Assembly: GCF_006345805.1 (NCBI RefSeq)
Contig: NC_042999.1
Coordinates: forward strand, 137,764,001-137,828,000
Length of the DNA stretch: 64,000 bases
Source of the DNA: Octopus sinensis
Taxonomy: Eukaryota
Reading direction: 5' to 3'
Shown here: positions 51,651 through 64,000 of the stretch, one piece after another
Numbering within the stretch: the stretch's first letter is position 1
Layout: each line of letters begins with the position of its first letter
Translations under genes and position numbers: made by a program
The notes under the pieces: model-generated
Databases searched by the model: none
What the model was told of the DNA's origin: nothing
Seen by the model: only the letters and a program-made list of their open reading frames with translations

Positions 51651-51789
51651 CTCTTTAGCTGGCAAGCAAGTACCCCATTGTGCCAACTTTGTGTGTGCTT
51701 GATGAAGTTGTAACAATGCTGGTAAATAATCAAGTTCTGAAACTTGAATTTGTGTGGTCAGCAAATGTTGAATAATTTCACACTCGTAG
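51651..51789 (-). CDS. KICS2: KICS2 coding exon 5, 139 nt
   Basis: GATACAG acceptor, GTAAAC donor. YECEIIQHLLTTQIQVSELDYLPALLQLHQAHTKLAQWG corresponds to [31 protein letters not shown]. Confidence 0.94.
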
Positions 51790-52223
51790 CTGTATCAATA
51801 AAAATATAGATGACTATAAGTACTTAAAAAATATAGGTGCAGGCATAGATAAGTGGTTTAGCAATTCAGTTTGCAACTACAAGCTTCTATACTCAATACC
51901 ATTACACAGTGCCTTGGGCAAGTATTTTCTACCATAATTTTGGATTGGCTGATGTCTTTAAGAGTAAAATTTGATAGATGTAACTGCAGAAGCTTGGTAT
52001 GCGTATGTGTGCTGTTTTGTTGTAGGTCATATATCAGCATGTGTATATATAGAAATTTTCAGAATGAGATAAAAATCCAAGGCTGTGAAAGATTTTAGAA
52101 CATAAACAATATATATACATATACACACACATACAATGTATATATATACACACAATATACATATATTGTGTGTGTATATATGTATATACAATATACATAT
52201 ATTGTGTGTATGTATATATACAT

Positions 52224-52269
<46 letters not shown>

Positions 52270-52690
52270 GGATGGCTATAAGTCGCTTTACCCATTTCTA
52301 ATAATAATAATGCCAGTATAGTCTGGTCATGAGTGGAACGCCTTTGATCATAATCAATCAGGGTTGACTTATGGCTAAGCAACAGTAATCCTTTGATAAG
52401 GTTTGCACTCTTTCCTTAAAAGTTAAAAATACATTAATTAGTACCCTGGAGACATAGGGCAGTGCCAGACAGAAGTATAAATTGTCTCCCTTTGATTTGT
52501 AAAATCATCACCTCCAAACCTTGACTAAAGAACTTTTAAGCTGTCAACATAAATTGTTCAGTTTAGTTTTGAGATAACCTTCTTTCATGGAATAAGAAAA
52601 AAAAAAGCGTTTTTATTTTACTTCACATCAAGTAAGAATTTTAACAATCAGAAGAAAAATATACTAGGAAAGAGAAAATTCTTTACATAC

Positions 52691-52828
52691 TTAAAGCTTG
52701 TTTTCAGATGGCTTAACAAAGGATGATGAAAGCATTTCTGGAATGTGTTAACAATTTCAGTACAAACCATAACTGGATCTTCATAGTTGAAATTTCTATT
52801 GTTGCCAATAGTAGTCAACTGCTCATAG
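52691..52828 (-). CDS. KICS2: KICS2 coding exon 4, 138 nt
   Basis: TGCTAG acceptor, GTATGT donor. YEQLTTIG...FQKCFHHPLLSHLKTSF carries the conserved FHHP.LS motif. Confidence 0.94.
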
Positions 52829-52847
52829 CTAGCAAAGTCAAGGAAAA
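52829..52847 (-). promoter_or_regulatory. U12-type branch site and 3' splice site of KICS2 intron 3
   Basis: TTTTCCTTGAC-TTTGCTAG matches the U12 branch consensus TTCCTTRAC. It sits close to the AG with no polypyrimidine tract. Confidence 0.9.
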
Positions 52848-54842
52848 CTTCAATGTATAAAGCATTTATTTAGTTTTAAGCATTTATTTAGTTTTAACCA
52901 TTTTCATACCAACCAACTTTAGACTATCTTTCAATCAAGGACATGAAATTTCATTTTAAAGTGTTCAAATCCAAATTCAAATTCTCCATCATAATTTTAC
53001 ATAAGAACCTTTTGTTAATAACATTGTATATGCTGTTTCATAATTGCTTTTAATGCAGTCACAAAATCAGGACTTTGAGGGAGAGGAATGCCTGATAAAT
53101 TCATCATCATCATCATTTAACATCCGCCTCCCATACTGGCATGGGTTGAACGGTTTGACAGGAACTGGCCAGGTAGGAGCCTGCACCAGACTTGTGTGTC
53201 TGTTTTGGCATAGATTTTATAGCTGGATGCTCTTCCTAATATTAACCACCCAGCAGAGTGGACAGAGTGCTTTTTACATGGTACCCCAGTAATTGACTAA
53301 AACTTCATTTTATCAATCCTGGAAAGATGAAAGGCAAAATTGATCTTTGTACGATTTGAATTAAGAAAGTAGGGTCAGAAAAAATACCTCAAGGCAATTT
53401 TCTGATGTCCTAATGATTCCGCCAAATCTGAAGATGATTTTTTAAAAATTCCTGTATTTTATATCCTTCTATACATTGGATATACAGTTTTCACGAAGTG
53501 GGGATGAACACAACTGTCTTCATACAACGTAGTTCAAATTATTCCATTAAGCATAATACTTCAATAATTACAAACTCTCAATGATCTCAATAACTTCCAC
53601 AAACTCTCAATGACTCCTGATCTTAACCAATACGCTACTTTTTATAAGAGTTTGACTAGTCCATTCTTCCAATCCGACAGGAGTATCAATGACTCTTGCC
53701 CCAACACTTCATGAGGTAATTTTTTTTAATTACATCAAACCAATAAATCTTTTTAACAATAACTAATTTCAGACATTTATGCCATAACTGTCATTTTTCT
53801 TAATGACAATTTAATGAAGAAACTTTAATAATTGCATAATTTTTCATATGTTAATAATTAACTAATGACAAAATTAAAAGCAGTCATGGTCTAAAAAGAA
53901 CTTTTGGAAGTGAAGATAATATACTTTAACAATTTTTAAAAACTTTTTCTAAAAAGACTTTCAATAATCTTTTAAGATACTGAATTTTTTTAACATTTTG
54001 CCTTGAAAATTTTAGCTGTATGTACTTTGATTTTTTTACTTTGTGTTCAGAATGTTATTCAAGAAAAATAACCGAATTGATGGTGTCAAATTCCTTACTG
54101 AAGAGCCAACAGGTTGTATCTCATCACTACATATGATCTTGTGTCCATAGAAAAACCTAACTCTCAATATTTTACACTATATACACAAACACCACATGTA
54201 GGTACACCATCTCATCATCATCAACATTTAACATCCATTTTCCATGCTAACATGGGTTGGCTGGCTTGACAGGAATTGGCAAGGCCAGCACTCACAACAG
54301 GTTCCATGGTCTGTTTTGGTTTGGTTCCTACAGCTAGATGTCCTTCCTAACACCAGCCACTTTACAGAGTGTACTGGGTGCTTTTTATGTTGTACCATCA
54401 CCAGTACTTTTTACATGGCACTAGCACCAGTGCTTTTTTATGTAGCACCATCACCCACACCAATGTTTTTTATGTGGAACTTTGGTTTTAGGATATCAAT
54501 TCTGTTGTGGTGGGCAGATCTTCGAGAGTACAACAATGCATTACATATCTTGGTCCTCTGACATCTTCTCAAGGTTCTCCATGTTCATTAGCTTATGGTA
54601 CTGGTTCAAGCCTTTCTTTAGGCATCAGTCAAATCTCCCTCAAAACACACTCTGTTAACTGAGAAAAGATGCACATATCAGATGTTGTAGTCCTAGATAC
54701 ATTATGTCTGAAAAAAGATTGGGTGGTCATGTCAAGAAATGATAACTGTCAAAGTATACTCAATCAAGGTTCGTGTGGAGCTGGAAAAGAACAAAAATCA
54801 ATGTAGAAGTGAGGGTTACAGAAACACATAAATATAAAAGTA

Positions 54843-54852
54843 GTAAGGATAC
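54843..54852 (-). promoter_or_regulatory. U12-type 5' splice site of KICS2 intron 3
   Basis: GTATCCTTAC matches the U12 consensus RTATCCTT. Confidence 0.9.
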
Positions 54853-55010
54853 AGATCCATAGTTCTTAAGCGAGCCATTGGAAAATGTTCAAGGTGTTCA
54901 CACAAATGACCCAATAACACATCTAAGTTAACATGTGGTTCATTTTGTTGAACATTCTCATAGATCTTTCGAAAGTCTGCAATCAAATTTTGGTATGAAT
55001 TCCGCAGGGT
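54853..55010 (-). CDS. KICS2: KICS2 coding exon 3, 158 nt
   Basis: TAACTCAG acceptor. TLRNSYQNLIADFRKI...LLGHLCEHLEHFPMARLRTMD corresponds to SIRTIYTSLHNELKK...[21 protein letters not shown]. Confidence 0.92.
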
Positions 55011-55149
55011 CTGAGTTACAAACAAAAACAAATTTGTTAAAAAATTAAATAAATATTGATACTTAAGCAAAACATTAAAAATCTCACAAGGTATCTATTA
55101 TTAACAATAACTGATTTCTTTTGACCAGGCTGGGACAGGAAGAGATTGG

Positions 55150-55715
55150 AATGTCAGTATATATGTGTGACACAGCACTATTGTATTGAGAGAAAAGTTA
55201 GACATAAGAGGAATTATATGCAGTAAGCAAGAGAGGAGACTGCACCAGTTTGGTCACTTGAAGCAGATGGAAGAGGATAGTTGCATAAACAAGTGTCAAT
55301 CATTTAAAGTGGAGGGATATTGCTGAAGAGGGGGACTCAAGAAGGCACAGGATGAAATATTGCAGGCAGATCTCAAAACACTAAGCCTTATAAAGAAGAT
55401 GACAGAGGGTCTAGATATGTGGCACATTGCTGTACTTAAGAAGACTTGCCCACCACAACAGAAATGATATCTTAAAATCAAGGTGCCACATAAAAACCAT
55501 TGGTGTTGGTGCCATGTAAAAAGCACTGGTGCTGGTGTCATGAAAATAAGCATCCAGTACACTCTGTAAAATGATAGGCATTAGGAAGGGGATCCAGTTA
55601 TAGAAACCAAGCCAAAAAGATTATGAGACCTTGTGCAGCCCTTGGCCTTACCAGTTCCTGTCAAGCTGTCCAACCCACACCAGCATGGAAAATGGACATT
55701 AAATGATGATGACAA
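55150..55715 (+). mobile_element. RTE LINE 3' end (decayed ORF end, UTR and (GAT)n tail)
   Basis: Degenerate FGHLKQM..DSCINKCQSFKVEG, then GGTGCCACATAAAAA subrepeats and GGACATTAAATGATGATGAC. Confidence 0.8.
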
Positions 55716-55762
55716 TTCACATGTTTAAATTTACAAATGAAAAGGAAAAAAGCATGTAAGTA

Positions 55763-57003
55763 TTGGGTCATCTCATAAATAATGCAGTTTTTTCAATTGC
55801 ATGAGTTAAAAGTCAGAGCGGGATGGGTAAACTACCTGCATCAACTTACTATAAAAGCAGGTAGTAATTTTACCTTATAATTATTCTTACTGCATATTTT
55901 GAAGAGTGCAGTTTGATTTTAACAGCTATTTTTCCAAAGCTATAATGGAAGTGACAAAGGAGCATATTTTGCTTTATGAGTTCAATAAAGGCTACAACGC
56001 AACGGAAAGTGTGAGAAATATTAATGAAGTATATGGAGATCAGACAATGAGTGTAAGCCAGTGTCAATGGTGGTTCCAGAAATTCCAAGCCAGAAATTAC
56101 AGCCTAAAAGACAAACCTCATCCTGGAAGGTCTGTAGATCTCAACAAGGATGTTCTGCAAACCCTGGTGGAACAAAATTCCATTGTTGAGGCACTAACAG
56201 AGAAGCTTGGACTTGATTATTCAACCATTCATTGATACCTGTGTACCATTGGAAAAGTCAGTAAATGGGGTTAATGAGTTCCTCACAAACTTTCCGTGTC
56301 TAATCGCACACAGAGAATGAACGTGTGCTCTTCTTTGCTGTTACATCACAAACGAACCTTTTTTGGACCAAATAGTGACTGGTGATGAGAAATGGGTCCT
56401 CTATAAAAATGTCTAGCACTGAAGACAATGGGTAGGGAAAGGAGAAATATCAGCACGCCAGGCTACAGAAGGTCTTCACCCACGTAAGGTGTTATTATCT
56501 GTTTGGTGGGATATGAAAGGTTTAGTCCACTTTGAACTTTTAAACCCAAACCAAACAATAACAAAACAGTTCTACTATGAGTAGCTCGAGCAGCTTAAGT
56601 CAGCACTAGAAGAAGAACCGACCATTTTTGGTTTCAAGACGAAAGGTGTTCTTCCATCAGGATAATGCTCGGTCACATACAGTGAGGATGACATTCCAAA
56701 AGCTGGAGCAGTTTGAATGGGAAATGATGCCCCACCCACCATATTTGCCAGATATTGCCCCATCTGATTATCCATTTATTCTGTAGTCATCAAACAAATT
56801 TGGATGAAAAAAAAAATTCTGTAGACGAAGTCAGAACAGTACTGGAGGAGTATTTTTTATTACGGACAAGTGAATTTTAGAAGAAGGGCCTTGCAAGTCT
56901 ACCAGATAGACCATTGTAGAAAATGAAGGAGAGTATATTTTAGATTAAAAAAGAATAATAAAATAAGTATTAAAAAAAACGCATTATTTATGGAATGACC
57001 CAA
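55763..57003 (+). mobile_element. Near full-length mariner (DD34D type, Hsmar1/cecropia-like) transposon, inactivated
   Basis: TIRs TTGGGTCATCTCATAAATAATGC and (rc) TTGGGTCATTCCATAAATAATGC, TA TSDs. ILLYEFNKG...QWWFQKF, *VPHKL, IVTGDEKWVLY, KVLLSVWWD, HQDNARSH and HPPYLPDIAPSD, with stops and frameshifts. Confidence 0.94.
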
Positions 57004-57827
57004 TAGGTTCGATATATTTGAAACTGAAGCTTTTCTCCATTACTACTCAAGAATTTTGCATTTCTGATTTTTAACATGACTAATGTTACACTACACATTG
57101 AAAAGTGATGGAAATACAAAACTAAACAGTTTCATTCTGTCATCATTTTAACGTCTACTTTTCCATACTTGTCGGAGTAAGATGAGCATTGTAGAACCAG
57201 ATTTTCTAGAGCTGGATGCTTTTCTGTCACCAACCTTCACTTGTTTCCAAACAAGGTAATATTTTTCCCTAGTCAGGACATGTTTTCATAGAGGATTACA
57301 AACAGATGTCACAGCTTGTAAGACAATGAAGAATGTTTGCAATTAACACATGATGTCAAGACAAGAAAACACACACACACACACACATTTTTTCTATCTA
57401 CCAATTCACAAGGCTTTAGTTAGCCGAGGTAGAAAACATCCAAGGTATCACACAGTATGACTGAACCACATAACCATGCTTGACCAAGCCTTGTAACTAA
57501 ATTTGGCAGCTGAAAACCGAAAGAAGCCTGTGTGTGTGTGAGAGAGAGAGAGAGAGAGCACACACATGCCTATGGGTTTACATTTGTACTCAATGAAAGT
57601 GCCATTGGTGTTGCAGTCACTTCTATCAACAAATTGACTACTCACTTCACATCTTTAAAGAAGATGTGAAATAAGGGAATCCTTACTTAAAAACAGGTAA
57701 GGGTTAGCGTCAGGAAGAGAATTTGACTGTAAAACAATGCTTCAATAATATATACATCTACCCTATGCTACCAAGTAAAAGTAGGCATTAAACAAATGAA
57801 CAAAAACTCACTAACACATACAAACAC

Positions 57828-58229
57828 TTACTCTTTTACTTGTTTCGGTCATTTGACTGTGGCCATGCTGGAGCACCGCCTTTAATCGAGCAAATCAACC
57901 CCAGGACTTATTCTTTGTAAGCCTAGTACTTATTCTATCAATCTCTTTTGCCAAACTGCTAAGTTACAGGGATGTAAACACACCAGATTCGGTTGTCAAG
58001 CGATGTTGGAGGGACAAATCCAGACACACAAACATATATTTATATATATATATATACATATATATGATGGGCTTCTTTCAGTTTCCGCCTACCAAATCCA
58101 CTCACAAGGCTTTGGTCTTCCCGAGGCTATAGTAGAAGACACTTGCCCAAGGTGCCACACAGTGGGACTGAACCCAGAACCATTGTGGCTGGTAAGCAAG
58201 CTACATACCACACAGCTACTCCTGCGCCT
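57828..58229 (-). mobile_element. Full-length family B tRNA-derived CORE-SINE (OR1/OR2-like)
   Basis: A-box-like head, B box GGTTCAGTCCC, core GGCACCTTGGGCAAGTGTCTTC (resembles the MIR core ACCTTGGGCAAGT), central microsatellite and 3' tail GGCGGTGCTCCAGCATGGCCAC...AAGTAAAAGAG. Confidence 0.9.
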
Positions 58230-60212
58230 ATAACTAAAAGTGTATGAGACAGCGCCAGTGGTTTCAAGGTAGGAAGATTCTATTGAATTCAGTTAAATGA
58301 AGTAACCACACGGCTAAGCTCACGCACTTGGTCGAAAGGTTGGTGCTTCATGGCCTGGCAGTGACACTGTTGTGTCTACAGCTAAGATATTTAACTCACA
58401 CGATGCCCACTACATATAGATGAAAAGAGGCGCTACTGGGTAGAAACAACTCACCACTCTTAATGTATGTGTGTATGTGTGTGTGTGTGTGTATGTGTGT
58501 GCACATACATATGTATACATCATAGAATGGTTTTCAACAAACCAAATCTGTAATAAAAACAGACTTGGTTATTTCTTAAAGCACTTTATTTACTACAGAT
58601 TGTGATTTTTAGTACCAGGCATAGTCTATAGCTTGAAGAGGTATGGTATCTGCATACAACTTGCCTGGATACATTACACAAGAAAATCAAGTTATTGGTG
58701 ATGACAAAACAACCTATTTTGGATTACTGTACACTTCATTTAAAGTGACATAGATACATATGTGTATGTGGGAGTATGTATGACTGTGTGTATATATATA
58801 TGTACGTGTATGTGTGTTCATATGTGTGAATGTGCTCGCCAACCAACTAAAAGGTTAACTTTTATTCTTGTGAGGTTGGTAAAATACATACCAGTCAATT
58901 ATTAATTCTGCTTCCTGTAATTACCTTTCAAAGTATTCAACTTCAGCCAGAGAGCAAATGTTCCTCCTAGAACTAACTCCGATTTCTATGACCTTTATTA
59001 AATTTCTGTTGAGAAAATGCAAGTAGTTTTGTTGTGGAATAACTCTGCCATCCTCTGTGAACTAAAGCAGTTTCTTTTCTTCTGGATTGCCTACTAGACT
59101 AAGACCATAGCTACGGCATGATACTGGTGTTAACATTATCTGATATTTGAGTGCTTTTAGCAGAATTCACTCAGTTGCCAACAGTCAGAACAAGTTCCTG
59201 TTTAAAGATCACTCAGAATCTTAATACATAGCTTCCTATGACAGCAATCCATGAATCATGGTTTCTTCCACCTTTTGTCCCTCATATATTTCAGAGATCT
59301 CGTAAAGGTCATGAGTGGTGCTTTACTCCCTGTACTAGTCTATAACAAAAATAATACAAACATTTTTCAGTTTTTCAGTAACTCCTCTGCCCTCCTATTA
59401 TTCTAACTATATTTCTCCTCCCACATCTTCCACTAAGCCTGTTTTTATCCTCAATTCTTCTCTTTTGCACAGCAACCCTCTATATATGTTCTACCATAGC
59501 TATATTTTCCCAGTAGACATCTAATGTTCAAACTGAATAGTAACCACACTGATCTTATCAGTCTAAGAGTATCTGGCAACAATTGTAGGTACTCCTCCTC
59601 TAACTAACTTATCAACATGTTCAGTTTATAGTTATTCCTGCCTTTTAATTTCAGTATTAAGTTAATATTAATACATTCAATGAAGATTTCATTAAAAATT
59701 CTAAGTAGAAATAAATATGCAGTGAGAAAAATATTAGTCAATGACCAATATTATTTGGCAGTTACAAAAGACATATCTCAGTTCTATACTAACTTCATTG
59801 ACAAAGCACAGACTCCATCATACTTCTAATAAAAGTAATGATGGAAGAATCATTACTTCCTTCACTTGAGTTATTACAGATTGAATCATTAGGAGAATCA
59901 TTGAAACTGAAAAAATGATGGAAGAATCATCAAATAAATGTGCAAAAGTGCACATTGGATGGCAAGACCATACAGATATGCTATCATTCACCATTGACAG
60001 TTCAAGCTATAATAAAAAATTTACTATTGATTCTTTGATGAAAGCCAAGTTATTTACCCATCATCAAATAATTAGGTATCCAATTCATAATGCCATAATA
60101 CTAGAACAATTTTCAAAAGACAGTTGGTATTATTTTAAAACTAAATAACAAAACTAAATTTTTTAAAAATCACATCAGCTTTATAATGAAAATTAAATAT
60201 ATATTTACTCAC

Positions 60213-60359
60213 ATCTTTATGTCTAGTTGAAAACCATTTAGGACCAAGAAATGATAAAGACATATACGATTTCTCATCATTTGCTAACAAAATCAGTGCA
60301 TTGACAAACATATGCCAATGTGAAGTAATGTTTGATTTCGTGAGATCTCTTTCTCTTTC
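60213..60359 (-). CDS. KICS2: KICS2 coding exon 2, 147 nt
   Basis: AATGCAG acceptor, GTGAGT donor. ERERDLTK...LANDEKSYMSLSFLGPKWFSTRHKD corresponds to EKERE...LAAAEKVYHSLTYLG...FSRKD. Confidence 0.92.
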
Positions 60360-61786
60360 CTGCATTGAACAAAACAAAAAAAAAAACATGGTAATGAAGA
60401 TTAGATGGGAATTGTGTTTAACAATTTTGAAATGATAGAATTGTTAGAGCATTGGACAAAATGTATACAGTATTTATTCCAAGTTGAAATGCAGCCAAGA
60501 CAACTTTGCCTTCCATCCATCTGAGTCAATAAAATAAAGTAACAGTTAAGTACTGAACCGGTTTAACATTATAATAAAGCATCTTGAAGGTGGGAGAAGG
60601 TATAGTTAAACAAAACTTTAAAAAAGGAAAAGTATATTTGAAATTAAGATAATGTTGCTACATAGCACTGATCAAGTAGATCTATATTCAAAGGCATTAC
60701 AGCAATGGACAATCTTATCTTTTTTCCTAGGTGTAGTATATCTAGAACTCCATTATTCAATAAGTTAATTTTTAGAATGGTAGAGTGTGATTCAAAGAAG
60801 ATTTAGCTACTCTAGCAGGTCAAGTGACTAAATAGAAGCTCTGTTTTTGACAGTATTATATAATCTCTGTATTATACAATACTGGCTCAGCAATAAACTA
60901 TGTATTTACATGTCAGATCAATTAGTTAAAAACAACTTCAGGGAAAATAAAATGATGATTGCCAGGCTGTCACTACACATATAAAAATATGAACCAACAA
61001 CAGAGTTGGTTGCTCAACCTACTAGAAATAACAGCCAAATTGTCTTCGACCAGATCTATCATCTTAAAATAGGAAAGGTACATTGGACAATATAGTCTTA
61101 AATGCACTATGTCTTAAATATACTTCGTAGGAATAGATAAAACTGGAATATAATCACTTTACTGCATGTACTGGGTGCTTTTTTTCAATGTCACCTGCAC
61201 TATTGAGGTTGCCATGCAGCATAAAGGATTTTGAACCCTGGAAATGTGGCAGAGGAGGGGGTCAGCTTCTTATTAGGGGATGAGGTTAAACTATGAGAAG
61301 GGGAATGAGGGTGAGAGCAGCTTCTTATAGAGGATCTGCATTATATGTTGCTCAATCAAAGCTGACCAGAGTCTAAACAACAGCACACTAGCTAAAATGT
61401 AAAGGTGTTGTGTGTGACAATAAAATGCACCCAGTCCACACTGTGGAGTGGCTAGTGATAGAATGGACATCCACTTGTAAAAATGACAACAGAGAGAACT
61501 AATCTCTGACATGACTAAAGCGTTCCTATACACTATGTCACCTCTGTTCTTTCACTGAAATTATATGATATAGATTGTTGAACTGTGCAAGTTCTGGTTA
61601 GAGGATATGAACTATCGGCCTTTCAACTATAATGCAACATCTTAACTTTCCCACTCACAAAGAGTAATTTTTCTTGATGCAAATCAAAATATGAAATATA
61701 TTCAAAAAGTACAAAGATTGAAATAAGAAATTTTTTTAAAAAGAGATATAATAAATAAAAATGAAACAAAATACAACAAAACTCAC

Positions 61787-61930
61787 AGTCAACTCTCTGG
61801 CTTGATCAAAATTGAATTCACTGAGAAGCTGAAAATAGTCCTCGATAATTTTTTCTTCCCGCAGAGACATTGATGGGGTCTTGGGAGAAACTGGTGATTG
61901 TACCTTACTGTTGCTTCCACTTCCACGCAT
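61787..61930 (-). CDS. KICS2: KICS2 first coding exon, 144 nt from the ATG
   Basis: MRGSGSNSKVQSPVSPKTPSMSLREEKIIEDYFQLLSEFNFDQARELT, GTGAGT donor. An acceptor TTTTTGTAG 8 nt before the ATG implies a further upstream exon. The exact start codon is uncertain. Confidence 0.85.
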
Positions 61931-62029
61931 ATTGGAAACTACAAAAACTATAAAAAAAGAAAATTATAAATACATAAATAATAATATTTACTTTTTCATT
62001 TGTTCCACTGTTTCTATTTATGTTACTTC

Positions 62030-62474
62030 TATAGTAATACTGCCCACGATCTTCTCTGGCACACCATAGTGTTGTAAGATGTCCCAGATTGTCTGCCTAT
62101 CTACACTGTCAAATGCTTTTTCAAAGTCGATGAAGCACACATAGAGTGACATTTGCTATTCCATTGTCTGCTCCACGATGACTCTTGAGTGTCACAATCT
62201 GGTCCGTGCATGATCTCTCCTTTCTGAAACCTGCCTGCTCATCTCTGTGCTGCTTGTAAATGGTTAGCTTGTTGAAATTTCAAGTGAATGTGCTAAATAT
62301 GTGGCGACACCTCATGTGGAAATTGTTATCTTGTATGTCTCCTATAGACAATCCAGGATCATAGGCATACAGAATTTTAACAACAGCTGCAAAGCAGACT
62401 TTCAGCTTTGTGATGAGGGTGATTCTCTTAAGCTTCCACACATTCTCACTAAACCCATTGGAGAATTTGATCAT
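62030..62474 (-). mobile_element. Two decayed RTE RT fragments
   Basis: RDEQAGFRKERSCTDQI and FIDFEKAFDSVDRQTIWDILQHYGVPEKI (~62030-62240); NVWKLKRITLITKLKV...FHMRCRHI (~62280-62474). Confidence 0.85.
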
Positions 62475-64000
62475 AAATTTTCAAGGCTCTTTTTGTTGTT
62501 CAAAGGATTTCTAATCAAGCAAACCTGTGCCTAAAGATCTCACTTTTTTCCTAAGTGCAGTGTACCTTGGATCACATCTGATGTGTCCCTTTCTTAGATA
62601 GAAGTATGTGATTTAACCCTTTAGCATTTAAACCAGCTGTATCAGACTCAAATATTCTACTTGTTCTACTGTAATGGTGAACTGTACTTCATTGTATTAA
62701 GCAAATTAATGAAAGTGAAAAGTATTTGTCAGAGACACAGAAGCAATAATGCTGGTTGTATGATTATAAACTGTATATAAACTGCCAAGCCTAAGGTTGG
62801 CAGACCACTGTCACTTTGGATTTGATCAGTAGAAACTCTCATTAAGAAAAACACAGTTTCTTGGCAAAAATAGTTGAGGGCTTGGCTAAATTGAATTACA
62901 CTGTTTAGCTGCACCCATTATATTCTACATGTAAATTATACCAGAGTTAACATAAACAATAAAATAAGTGTTCAGTCATATACTCGTCTTAATTCATTCA
63001 ACCTAACCAGTCTCCTACATATTTGTTGCCAGAAGACAAAATTAATCCTTGCTAAGAATGTTTAAAAATTAAATGTCTGAGATGAGTTGTAAATAAGATT
63101 CAGACTAATGATATCTTTTAGAGATGAAAAAATTTTCAATATGCTGTTACAATCAATTTGATATTTGTCAATGGGTGTTTTATTTCAATGAAACCACAGT
63201 TTAGGTGGAAATATTAAAAAAAAAATCTTTCATGAGGATAGTTGTCAAAAAAATTATTATCTTATGAACAGATGTATTCTAATATTTTAGCATTCATCAT
63301 CATCATCATCGTTTAACATCCATTATTGTTAATTTCTCTATTCAGAATTTAAACAAAAGATACTTCACACAGCCAAATGAGTAAAGTATTTGTCTATATT
63401 CAATACAGATTCTTCATAATGTTTTCTAACATTTGTACTTGCTTGTTTACTATATTAGTTGACCCATATACCATTATTCCAAAACAACAAAGTTCCAAGG
63501 CAATTATTTGCTGTGTATATATGTATGTATTTATGAATTTGTATGCACATGGATTTATATTCACACAATAAAACAAATTAGAATTAGTCAGTCACGGGTT
63601 CCATCTTTAGACACACAGTAAAAAAAAATGAGAATCTTATTTCAGAATGAAGAATGATTTAAAGAGCAATTTTACAAAAGACATAAGCACATAGAAATAA
63701 ATATAAATTACTAATACATTGTTCAAATTCATATTGTCTCTCCAGAGGATACAATTCAAATCACTCTACAGCAATAATACTATTATGTAAATATTTCCAT
63801 AGTAATTTAAGTATCTCCTGGAGATCTAAGTGGTTCATTGGAACTAGTACTTAGCCCCAGTTTCATAGTGTTAAGCAAATAAGATAAATCTTTCCCTGGA
63901 TAGGAGACTTTATCCTGAAGATCTGGTTGCTGTTCTTTGTAGCTTGATGAAACAATGTATACTGCCAGTATTGAAGCAGAATTGAACTCAAACTCCATAA

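Noticed and set aside
55906-56800. SETMAR-like host gene
   Set aside because: Bounded by TIRs and TA TSDs, broken by stops and frameshifts, with no SET domain: a dead mariner copy.
58140-58229. tRNA gene
   Set aside because: Only A/B-box-like motifs of a SINE head; no cloverleaf, and it is contiguous with the SINE core.
63807-63998. 63-aa minus-strand ORF at the window edge
   Set aside because: No recognisable homology or splice context; it cannot be judged without the neighbouring window.

Overview
AT-rich, microsatellite- and retroposon-dense eukaryotic DNA. The SINE families and composition point to an octopus (coleoid cephalopod); this is inferred, not proven. One host gene can be built by hand: KICS2 (C12orf66, KICSTOR subunit 2, mTORC1 amino-acid sensing). 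It lies on the minus strand as 10 coding exons (61930 down to 27698; 1362 nt, 453 aa) with consistent splice phases, and its promoter or first exon probably lies beyond the right edge. Intron 3 has U12 (minor spliceosome) signals, and intron 5 contains a candidate in-frame 84-nt cassette exon. The first ~22 kb is CpG-retaining DNA with no host gene I can recognise. It holds decayed CR1/L2-type LINEs, a Buster/Charlie hAT, a DD37D maT element, a Dong/R4 fragment, a Gypsy RNase H fragment, a probable solo LTR and several GG-ended, 8-bp-TSD foldback elements, one nested in the TIR of another and carrying inverted telomere-like repeats. From ~22 kb onward the sequence is CpG-depleted and carries RTE 3' ends, tRNA-SINEs and a near full-length mariner. 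No CRISPR array, rRNA or true tRNA gene was found. All coordinates were counted by eye, so repeat boundaries are approximate unless a TSD is quoted.
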